Below are positions 1 to 8,182 of a stretch of DNA of 64,000 nt, one piece after another (positions within the stretch are counted from its first letter, which is position 1; each line of letters starts with the position of its first letter). Source of the stretch: Naegleria gruberi (lineage: Eukaryota); NCBI GenBank assembly GCA_000004985.1, contig GG738851.1. One strand, 5' to 3'. Position numbers and translations under genes: made by a program. Under the pieces are notes generated by a model. It did not search any database, was not told the origin of the DNA, and saw only the letters and a list, made by a program, of their open reading frames with translations.

Positions 1-98
1 TCCAACTTCTATTTAAGGTGATATAGTTGATAAGTATTATGTTATCAATTTAAAAACAATTTCATATTCAGTACCAATACCGATCAAGTAACAAAAAA

Positions 99-1376
99 AT
101 GAAAGTCAACCAATCTCTACTGGTGAAAGCAAGTATTTTACTTGTCTTGTCACTCTCATTCATTCATGCACAGTGGGGAATTCCATTTGGAAGTGGTTTT
201 GGAGGTTTTCCTGGTGGTCAACAACCATATGGAGGTTTTGGAGGTAATCCATTTTCAACTGGTGGTCAACAACCATATGGTGGTTTAGGTGGTTTAGGTG
301 GATTAGGTTCAACAGGTAGTCCATTCTCTTTCGATCAACCTTATTCATCACCTTTTGGAAGTAATATTGGTCAAAATTATCCAAACTATGGTGGTTATGG
401 TCAAAATCCTTATCAAAACCAAAATTATCCAAATTATGGTGGTTATGGTCAAAATCAACCAAATAACAACAATAATAATCAAAATAATATGAAATTGAGA
501 TTTGCTGGTCAAGTTTATGGTTACAACCCATTCTATTATGTTGCAAATTTGGTTGCTGTTGATTTAGAATACATTTCACACTTTGCTACTGCTTTAACTA
601 ATACTGGTTATCAAGGATATAATCCATTCTATGATCCAATTAATGGAATGAACATGATTGGTAATCAAAATCAACAACAACAACAACAACAACAAAAACA
701 AAATCAACCAGCAACAGCCACAACAACTAATCCTTCCTCAACAACAACAACAACAGGTGGTGGTTCTTCTAATACAGGTGGTTCAAGTCAAGCTGATACT
801 CAAAAAGCCAATCAAGAAGCTCTTGCTTTGGTCTTTGCTAAGGAAGCTCAAATTCACGTTTCACACTTGGTTAAACAACAAGATTCATATGGTCCTAAGG
901 GTGTTGGTTCTGTCACAACTCAATTGGTTGATTCTGCTGATAAATTGGTTACTGCTGCCAATGCTAAGAAATGGAATGATTACCAACAAGAATATAACAA
1001 TTTGAATAGTGGTTTGAATAAGATTTCATACTATGGAATGCAACAAAATGTTCCTTCATATAATCAAATTCCATCTTCATTCCAACCACCAAATTGGCCA
1101 AATCAAAACCAACAACAAGGTGCTGCTGGTTCAGATGCAAACTCTGGTAATGTAAAGGGATCATCATTCTTCCCATTTTTAGGTAACAATGGTCAATTCA
1201 CAATGCCACAAGCTCCTCAAGCTCCAACAGTTCCAGAAATTCCACAACAATTCGCCAACATGCAACAACAAGTTCCAAAACAATTTTCATTCCCTGACAT
1301 GCCTCAAATGCCTCAAATTCCTCAAATGCAACAAATTCCACAAGTTGTTAATCAACAACAACAAAAGACATACTAA
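99..1376 (+). CDS. Secreted low-complexity Gly/Gln/Pro/Asn-rich protein
   Basis: N-terminal signal peptide (MKVNQSLLVKASILLVLSLSFIHA). Repeated GGFGG / QQPYGG / NYPNYGGYGQN motifs. Long open frame in AT-rich DNA. Confidence 0.6.
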   Translation: MKVNQSLLVKASILLVLSLSFIHAQWGIPFGSGFGGFPGGQQPYGGFGGNPFSTGGQQPYGGLGGLGGLGSTGSPFSFDQPYSSPFGSNIGQNYPNYGGYGQNPYQNQNYPNYGGYGQNQPNNNNNNQNNMKLRFAGQVYGYNPFYYVANLVAVDLEYISHFATALTNTGYQGYNPFYDPINGMNMIGNQNQQQQQQQQKQNQPATATTTNPSSTTTTTGGGSSNTGGSSQADTQKANQEALALVFAKEAQIHVSHLVKQQDSYGPKGVGSVTTQLVDSADKLVTAANAKKWNDYQQEYNNLNSGLNKISYYGMQQNVPSYNQIPSSFQPPNWPNQNQQQGAAGSDANSGNVKGSSFFPFLGNNGQFTMPQAPQAPTVPEIPQQFANMQQQVPKQFSFPDMPQMPQIPQMQQIPQVVNQQQQKTY

Positions 1377-1411
1377 GTAGAAGGCATATAGTGTTTTATT
1401 TTGTAAATAAA

Positions 1412-1936
1412 TTATTGTTTTAATTTTTCATTCAAGAATTCCTTAATTTCATCAACTTTCCAATGACTCACCAAGTGAGATTCTTCACTTCCATCCTTTC
1501 TCTTCATAGTTAAAGTTGGCATAATAGCTTGTCTTTGAGCAGTATTTAAATGATTGAATTTCTTAACATCATTATTGATAAAGCCTTCAATTTCTGGGAA
1601 TGATCTTATATTACAATAACAGAAATACAAAGTTCCACTAACAAATTCCTTTTCATCACTAGATTGAGAATTTAGAGAATTATCTGTAGAAATTGATTCT
1701 TGACAACATTGATTGCAATTTTCAATAATTGATTTTTCGCTCATAAATAAAGAAAATTCCTTGCAAGTAGAACAAGCTAATTCCGATGATTTATATCCTA
1801 GATTTTCACATTCTTGAGCACTTAATTTTTGTTGATGAGATAAAGTAATACAGAATGCCATCATTACGACCATCATCATCATCATGACGATCATTGAAAG
1901 AAGGCTTGTTTGCTTCCGATAGGAATTTAAAATCAT
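1412..1936 (-). CDS. Sep15/SelM-family thioredoxin-like ER protein (15-kDa selenoprotein homologue, Cys form)
   Basis: Cys-rich N-terminal domain CENLGY..LACSTCKEF....CNQCCQE resembles the UGGT-binding domain of Sep15. The redox motif LYFCYCNIRSFPEIEGF aligns with human LEVCGUKLGRFPQVQAF. The C-terminus ..HLVSHWKVDEIKEFLNEKL aligns with ..LSILKWNTDSVEEFLSEKL. There is no in-frame TGA, so Cys replaces Sec. Confidence 0.7.
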   Translation of the reverse strand: MILNSYRKQTSLLSMIVMMMMMVVMMAFCITLSHQQKLSAQECENLGYKSSELACSTCKEFSLFMSEKSIIENCNQCCQESISTDNSLNSQSSDEKEFVSGTLYFCYCNIRSFPEIEGFINNDVKKFNHLNTAQRQAIMPTLTMKRKDGSEESHLVSHWKVDEIKEFLNEKLKQ

Positions 1937-2150
1937 TTTTTTTTTAAAATTTTAAACAAACCCTACATTTTTTTTTAAAATTTAATAAAAATTACAAAAA
2001 TTCTGCCTTTAATTTCGTAATTACTTCTCTAATCCCTCCCATTAAATTTCATAATTATTGTAACATCAATTATGGTTGTAATGGATTTTGTACACTTTCA
2101 CATTAAGTTACAACAGAGAAGAATAATCCAATTGGTCAATTGGAATTGAC

Positions 2151-3347
2151 GTGTTTATGGATCACAAACAAATCAAAAAAAAAATGTTAGAATACGATTA
2201 TTCATCAGCAGTAGAAAATGGTGTTTTGAGATATCTTGAAATCAAATACCGTGATCATAAAGTAGCTCTATTGAACAGCAAGGGATCATATGGTAAAATA
2301 TATAAAATTACTAACACGAATGATCAAACAAAGATAAAGGCTTTAAAAGTAATGAGAGATGTTGACAATTTTGATATTCATCATTCTCTAGAAGAAGGTA
2401 CTAGAATGTTAAAATATTCACATTTAAATTGTAATATTGCAAAAGTATTTGATGTTTTTATTTTGTATCCTCAAGAGGCAGAACGTATTATGGGTTTAGA
2501 TGAAAGTGGTCAGCCACCATTTCAACACAAGCATCTATGTATTGAAATGGAATATTATGAGAATGGTTCTCTTGATTCTGTATTCAAGAGTAATCAAGAT
2601 CCAAGTAGGGATTCTAAACCCAAACTAACAAGTTCAATTTTGAAACAAATATTGAAACAAATTACTTTGGCTTTGAAGCACGTTCAAGAGTACGATCACA
2701 TCATTCACAATGATATTAAACCTGATAATATTCTAGTTGGTAATATAGAACAACAGGTTGATAATGATCAAATCATTGATATTCAAGTATATTTGAGTGA
2801 TTTTGGTTTAGCTATAACACCTAGTGAATCACCTGCATCAAACTACAATCTCAAAAAGCCATTCTATCCATATGAAGAAATACCATCTAAAAGTGCTGAT
2901 ATTTTTGCTTTATCAGTTAGTTTATATGACTTGACAACTAAACAATTAACAGCACAACAAGATAGAAGTCTCAGAAATGTACAATGTGATGATGAAACAA
3001 TTAGAATGAATTATCATAATGCTGGTATATCAGATGATCAATTAATTAATGTTTTAATATCAATGATGAATAAGGATGCATCGAAACGACCAACATGTGA
3101 TCAAATATTAGATGGCATTGGAGTTACCTATGAAAAAACATTGTTTGTAAAGAGATTTGAAGCTAAAACCAATTCAAAGAAAACCTCATGGCTCATTTAT
3201 TGTTTGATAGCTCTCTTGTTTTGCTTGGCAGCTTACTTCTGTTATCCATATTTGGAGGCAGGACTATTAAAACAGAAATCTAAAAACATGGATTTGGGTA
3301 AGGAGCTTATCCTAAATTCCATTGAAAGTCCAAAAGAAGATGTGTGA
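2151..3347 (+). CDS. Ser/Thr protein kinase with a C-terminal transmembrane anchor
   Basis: Catalytic loop HNDIKPDNILVG and DFG motif (LSDFGLA). C-terminal hydrophobic helix WLIYCLIALLFCLAAYFCYPYL. A GTAAGG donor near 3298 might splice into the downstream repeat ORF (see findings). Confidence 0.75.
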   Translation: MFMDHKQIKKKMLEYDYSSAVENGVLRYLEIKYRDHKVALLNSKGSYGKIYKITNTNDQTKIKALKVMRDVDNFDIHHSLEEGTRMLKYSHLNCNIAKVFDVFILYPQEAERIMGLDESGQPPFQHKHLCIEMEYYENGSLDSVFKSNQDPSRDSKPKLTSSILKQILKQITLALKHVQEYDHIIHNDIKPDNILVGNIEQQVDNDQIIDIQVYLSDFGLAITPSESPASNYNLKKPFYPYEEIPSKSADIFALSVSLYDLTTKQLTAQQDRSLRNVQCDDETIRMNYHNAGISDDQLINVLISMMNKDASKRPTCDQILDGIGVTYEKTLFVKRFEAKTNSKKTSWLIYCLIALLFCLAAYFCYPYLEAGLLKQKSKNMDLGKELILNSIESPKEDV

Positions 3348-3636
3348 GAAAGGCACAGTTTTAAGAATAGAGAATGGAAATAATTTAGAACCAATTGTTA
3401 CCGAAAGTGGAGAACAACTTACAGGAATAGATAAAGAAATAGTTGACAAAGTTGCAATTGTGGTGGACAAAGGTAAAGATATAGTTGATGCTATTAATAA
3501 TGGTAAAAAAGAGGTTGAGAAAGCGGTGGACAAAGGTAAAGAAATAGTTGATGCTATTAAGAATGGTAAAAAAGAGGTTGAGAAAGTGGTGAATAAGGGT
3601 AAAAAAATAATTGAGGATTTATTTAAAAAACTTTGA
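3322..3636 (+). CDS. Small Lys/Glu-rich ORF built from 22-aa tandem repeats (KGKDIVDAINNGKKEVEKAVD x2.4); a separate gene or the 3' exon of the upstream kinase
   Basis: A 66-nt DNA tandem repeat (~3465-3620) encodes an amphipathic repeat. The frame is +1 relative to the kinase. A possible 73-nt GTAAGG..AATAG intron (3298-3370) would fuse them in frame. Confidence 0.3.
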   Translation: MKVQKKMCEKGTVLRIENGNNLEPIVTESGEQLTGIDKEIVDKVAIVVDKGKDIVDAINNGKKEVEKAVDKGKEIVDAIKNGKKEVEKVVNKGKKIIEDLFKKL

Positions 3637-3789
3637 ATCATCATTTGGAATCATCTTACCACTTCTTTAAAACTAGCAATCATCATCCCTGGATGGTGGG
3701 TGTTAGCTTGGTAAAAAATTGATTTATAATCTTAAATTTACAATATTAGATAATATTGATAGAGTATCAAAAATAGCAATATTGACTTG

Positions 3790-5412
3790 TTAATTTATTT
3801 TCCATCTTGTAATTTTACCATTACTCTGTAAAACAAATAAATATTTTGAATCTCTTGAAAATATACACTCTCTCACTAACTCTGATGAATGATGTAGAAT
3901 AGCACATGGTCTTGAATAGAATGATAATCCAACATGTTCAAATGAAAATAATTCAACACGTCCATCATGTAATGGTCTAGCTAAATATTTATCACTAATT
4001 GCCATTTTTAACCACCAAAAATATGATTGACTTCCTTTAAATCTGTGAATAATTGAAATTTCATCCTCCTCTGAATTTACATTAAATCCACTTTGTTCAG
4101 TAACACTATCAGGTTTCCAAACAATAACTGAATCACCTGGATCATTAGTAGATGATTCAGCACTATTTGTTTTTGATAAAACTACATCTCCCAAAAATAG
4201 ACATGAATCCACATATCCTCTATGATATAAATAAACACTTCCAGATTTAATAATTGGTAATTTAAGTGTTTGAATATCTGTATTACATGTACAATTTTTA
4301 GTAAATATTTCAATCTTTTCATTATTTAAATTTAAATTATTAATATTCAAATTATTATTATTATTTAAATTATTATTATTATTAATATTTAAATTATTAT
4401 TATTTAAATTATTATTATTTAAATTATTATTATTATTTAAATTATTTAAATTATTATTTTTATAATTTTCTAATTGATAATATCTTTTTTGAAAATTAAT
4501 ATAATTATAAACATGATAATCAATTTCAAATATTCTACAAGTATTATCCATAGCACCACTAACAAAATAATTTCCATTTTGATGAAATGATAAACTAATA
4601 ATTCCAGCTAAATGACTTTGAAAAATTGCAACAGTTTCAAAATTTAAATTTAAATCCCATAAACGAATTGAATGATCATTACTTCCAGTTAATACTAAAC
4701 CATTCATTTTAGGATGAAAACAAATACAATTAACACTATTTCCATGTCCATTTAAATTTCCAATTAAATTAGTTTTAACTAAATTTTCATTTGAAATTTC
4801 AATTTCATATAAAGAAACAAATTGTGCAGATCCACACACTGCTAAAATATATTTATCATTCCATTTAGACCATCTAATACAATAATATTCAATTTGTTTT
4901 TGTTCATTTTCAATAATATGAATAATTTTACTCTTTTCATTTTCAAATTTCCAAATATAAATTGAACTTCCTTGAACATTGGCATAAATATTTAAATATT
5001 TAATATGCATATCAATTGAATAGGCTTCTAATGGTGAATATTTACCATATCTAACACATTCATCAAATTTAAATTTATTTTCAAATCCTAAACTTGTTTC
5101 AATAGTAGTAGTAGTATTATGGAAATTATTATTATTAGATGATGATGAATTATTTGATGAATTATTTGATGAATTATTAGAATACCATTCTTGTTGATAA
5201 TCTTCAATTTTATCATAATGTTTAATAGTAGTAGTAGTAGTAGTAGTAATTATTGATGATGATGAATTATTTGCATTCCGATGATTAATTTCATCATCAA
5301 TATCACTACCACTACTACTATTACTATCATTGTCATTTTGTTGTTGTTGTGATTGTTTACGACGTTGTCGAGTGGTGGAACGATTTAATGGCGTTCTTGT
5401 TGGTTTTTTCAT
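3790..5412 (-). CDS. WD40-repeat protein with poly-Asn/Thr low-complexity regions
   Basis: WD repeats (..HSIRLWDLN.., ..GAMDNTCRIFEI.., ..GSNDHSI..). An internal LNNNNN repeat tract is encoded at 4320-4460. Confidence 0.75.
   Translation of the reverse strand: MKKPTRTPLNRSTTRQRRKQSQQQQNDNDSNSSSGSDIDDEINHRNANNSSSSIITTTTTTTIKHYDKIEDYQQEWYSNNSSNNSSNNSSSSNNNNFHNTTTTIETSLGFENKFKFDECVRYGKYSPLEAYSIDMHIKYLNIYANVQGSSIYIWKFENEKSKIIHIIENEQKQIEYYCIRWSKWNDKYILAVCGSAQFVSLYEIEISNENLVKTNLIGNLNGHGNSVNCICFHPKMNGLVLTGSNDHSIRLWDLNLNFETVAIFQSHLAGIISLSFHQNGNYFVSGAMDNTCRIFEIDYHVYNYINFQKRYYQLENYKNNNLNNLNNNNNLNNNNLNNNNLNINNNNNLNNNNNLNINNLNLNNEKIEIFTKNCTCNTDIQTLKLPIIKSGSVYLYHRGYVDSCLFLGDVVLSKTNSAESSTNDPGDSVIVWKPDSVTEQSGFNVNSEEDEISIIHRFKGSQSYFWWLKMAISDKYLARPLHDGRVELFSFEHVGLSFYSRPCAILHHSSELVRECIFSRDSKYLFVLQSNGKITRWKIN
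4320..4460. repeat. AAT/ATT-rich microsatellite-like tract inside a CDS (encodes LNNNNN repeats on the minus strand)
   Basis: Direct reading shows repeated aattattatt/atttaaatt units. This is typical dictyostelid coding poly-Asn. Confidence 0.8.
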
Positions 5413-5887
5413 TTTTTTGTAAAATGTTCTTTTTTAAATAATTTAAACTTTTTTACATAAATGGAAGGAATTTGATGTTAAATATTATGAATTTATTTAA
5501 TACAGAAAGATATTATTTAATAATAATTATTTACAATAATTTTATCATTTTGAAAAATTGAATTGTTTATATGCTATTTTTTTACAATTTTTAATAATTT
5601 TTCATTATTAATTCTTTCAAAAAAGGCAACTGGTAATATTTTAGATTTTTATACTTATTATAGTCTTGTTGAAACGTTATTGGTTTTTGTAAAATTACTC
5701 TCGTTTCTAATTTGGTGCAATAAACTAGGCCTTTAGACCCAGAATAATTTTTTATTAATTTAAATAAATATAAATATGAACACAATTCAATCATTAATGT
5801 TTTGTAAAGTATAGTTATTATTTTAACTACATTACAAAACATTAATGATTGAATCGGCTCACATTAGTCTCAACTATCAGCTGAAAT

Positions 5888-6565
5888 TTAATCAGCTGAT
5901 GGTATAAAATTGAGACAAATTGCATTAGGAATAGTTTTAGATGTTTTTTCAATGAGTGATTGTTTGTTATTGTAAACTTTCCATGAATTTGACCTTGTGT
6001 CTAGTAATACATTATTTTCAGTAGCACAAATTTGAGTAAACTTTTCAGTGTGATGAGTTAGTTTTCTTAATTCTTGATTAAATCCAATATAGAAAGTATC
6101 ATCATTTAGAAATGAATGAACATTAGTATTGTAAATCTGTGGAGGTATCATATCAGTTACTATGAGTTTGTTTAAACCAGTTTCGAATAGAATTACCAAG
6201 TGACCAATCCCTTCAGTCTTGTTATAATCACAATGTTTAAAGAGTGGGAATAAACTGACTGTTCTCTGTGATGTATTGAAGAAGAATTCCATTGGAAATG
6301 TATCATTACCAACAACAAGATTCGAATCTAATTTCTTCTCAAAATATTCGAAATCCTCCAAATTACTTAAAGGAATTTCAATAGGATTAGAAATATCATT
6401 ACAAACCAACAACCTTCTTTGATCAATTTCTACTGAACAATAAGATTTAAAATGTTCACATGCGAAACCTTTTGGAATGGTTATTTGTGGTTGAGTAGTT
6501 TGACCTTGTCCAGTCTCTGACCAATAAAATTCGAGATCAAATTCATAACTGTCATTAGAAGACAT
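5888..6565 (-). CDS. Hypothetical protein (225 aa)
   Basis: Long ORF with normal composition. No recognisable motif. Confidence 0.5.
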   Translation of the reverse strand: MSSNDSYEFDLEFYWSETGQGQTTQPQITIPKGFACEHFKSYCSVEIDQRRLLVCNDISNPIEIPLSNLEDFEYFEKKLDSNLVVGNDTFPMEFFFNTSQRTVSLFPLFKHCDYNKTEGIGHLVILFETGLNKLIVTDMIPPQIYNTNVHSFLNDDTFYIGFNQELRKLTHHTEKFTQICATENNVLLDTRSNSWKVYNNKQSLIEKTSKTIPNAICLNFIPSAD

Positions 6566-6832
6566 TCGCTGATAATTTTAGATATTGGTTGTTGGGATTT
6601 GTGTTGGTTTGAGGAAGAATTCTTCACCGTATTTTTTTTTCTTCTTGAAAATCGGTCACGTTCCGTTTAATTACCGATTCTATTATTGATTATTACCCAA
6701 AAGAACAACTTGCGTGTCTCGAAATTCTGTTTGCTTTAGATTTTCATAAAAGTCTAAAGTTAAATTTCAGATAAGCTAATCAACATGGAAAAGCTCAAAT
6801 TATCAACTCTATCATAAAATCAAAATTTCACA

Positions 6833-6913
6833 CGCAGACTGCAGGATTCGAACCTACGAAGGTTTCCCCAACAGATTTCAAGTCTGTCGCCTTAACCACT
6901 CGGCCAAGTCTGC
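6833..6913 (-). tRNA. tRNA-Ser (anticodon UGA), class II with a long variable arm
   Basis: Reverse complement is GCAGACTTGGCCGAGTGGTTAAGGCGACAGACTTGAAATCTGTTGGGGAAACCTTCGTAGGTTCGAATCCTGCAGTCTGCG. Acceptor stem is GCAGACT/AGTCTGC. Anticodon loop is CTTGAAA. T-loop is GTTCGAATC. Confidence 0.85.
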
Positions 6914-6916
6914 TAC

Positions 6917-6966
6917 NNNNNNNNNNNNNNNNNNNNNNNNNNNNNNNNNNNNNNNNNNNNNNNNNN
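6917..6966. other. Assembly gap (run of 50 N)
   Basis: Literal N run in the sequence. Confidence 0.95.
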
Positions 6967-7197
6967 AACATAACAACACCCTTCCACATTATTTTCACAT
7001 AAACAACCATTAAACCTGATAATGTTTCAAACAATAACATTACAACCTCAAGCTTCCGAAGATATTCAGTATTGGCTGCCTAGACTTACGCTTGTTTCTA
7101 TTTGATATCCAAAGCGCAGGTGACAATGTAACCTGGTTAAATTTCAGAGCTAATAAACCTACGCTACTGAGTTTTGATATAACATCAAAATTTCACA

Positions 7198-7278
7198 CGC
7201 AGACTGCAGGATTCGAACCTACGAAGGTTTCCCCAACAGATTTCAAGTCTGTCGCCTTAACCACTCGGCCAAGTCTGC
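7198..7278 (-). tRNA. tRNA-Ser (anticodon UGA), second identical copy
   Basis: Identical 81-nt sequence to the copy at 6833-6913. About 20 nt of flank (caaaatttcacacgc) is also shared. Confidence 0.85.
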
Positions 7279-7767
7279 TACGTTGACACCTTCAAATCAC
7301 GATTTCATGTATTTTCATATCAGAAAAGCCACTAATCCACTTTGGTGATCCGATTGGTTTTTGTAAACTGAAACTCAGTGCCCAAAAACTAACGGTCTGA
7401 AAAAAAAACCTTGGAAATTCTCACCTTCATCTCTGCACTTTCAAAAATCAGCGCATCAATAATAACCAAACAAGACGCCAAATCTTTTGCTCACACCAAT
7501 TTGTACGTAATTATTTCACCTTTACAATTCAATTCGACAATTATAATTTCACTTATCCAAAAAATTGAATTCAATAACCAAACGTGTATGAATATTATTA
7601 TTATTATATTAACACTCTTCATAACAATGTAATGATATTCTTCTTCAACTGTTTGGTCATTCCATTACTTCACCTTCAACAATTTTCATAACATTTTCTC
7701 ATCACCATTAACATTAAACTGTCTATTATCATCATCAATATAATATTAGATAACACTGATTTAAAAA

Positions 7768-8040
7768 ATGTCATCATTATCCAATGATAATTATAATGTT
7801 GATGTTGTTGTTGATGATGAAGTAACAACTCCTACCATTATTTTAACTCCTTCAAGTTCGGAGAATCTTTTATCTCCTGTTGCTGCTGCTGCTTCTTCTT
7901 CAGATAATAATAATAGTAGAATTAATTCACCACAACAATATTCCACAACAAAACGTTCTACAATGCACAGATCTCGTCCATTCAATCCTAATTCTATTAC
8001 CTATAAAGTACTTCATGACATTGCAATGAACACACTCTGA
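7768..8040 (+). CDS. Small Ser/Asn-rich ORF; possibly the 5' exon or upstream ORF of the following aminotransferase-like gene
   Basis: Open frame with low-complexity composition. No homology recognised. Confidence 0.25.
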   Translation: MSSLSNDNYNVDVVVDDEVTTPTIILTPSSSENLLSPVAAAASSSDNNNSRINSPQQYSTTKRSTMHRSRPFNPNSITYKVLHDIAMNTL

Positions 8041-8182
8041 TAATAATGACAACAATAACAACAATAACATTGATAATAATGATTTAGCCATTGACAATAA
8101 TATTCATAATATTAATAACATTAATAATAATATTAATAATAATAATATTAATAATAATAATAACAAGGTATTAAATAAGAAA

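Noticed and set aside
160-1005. ORFs 160-579(-) and 658-1005(+) inside or antisense to the Gly/Gln-rich secreted gene
   Set aside because: They lie wholly within another, better-supported CDS. Their translations are His/Asn/Leu low-complexity, typical of shadow frames in repetitive coding DNA.
3465-3620. 66-nt tandem repeat as a CRISPR-like array
   Set aside because: This is a eukaryotic genome. The repeats are directly adjacent without spacers, in frame and coding. No CRISPR interpretation is tenable.
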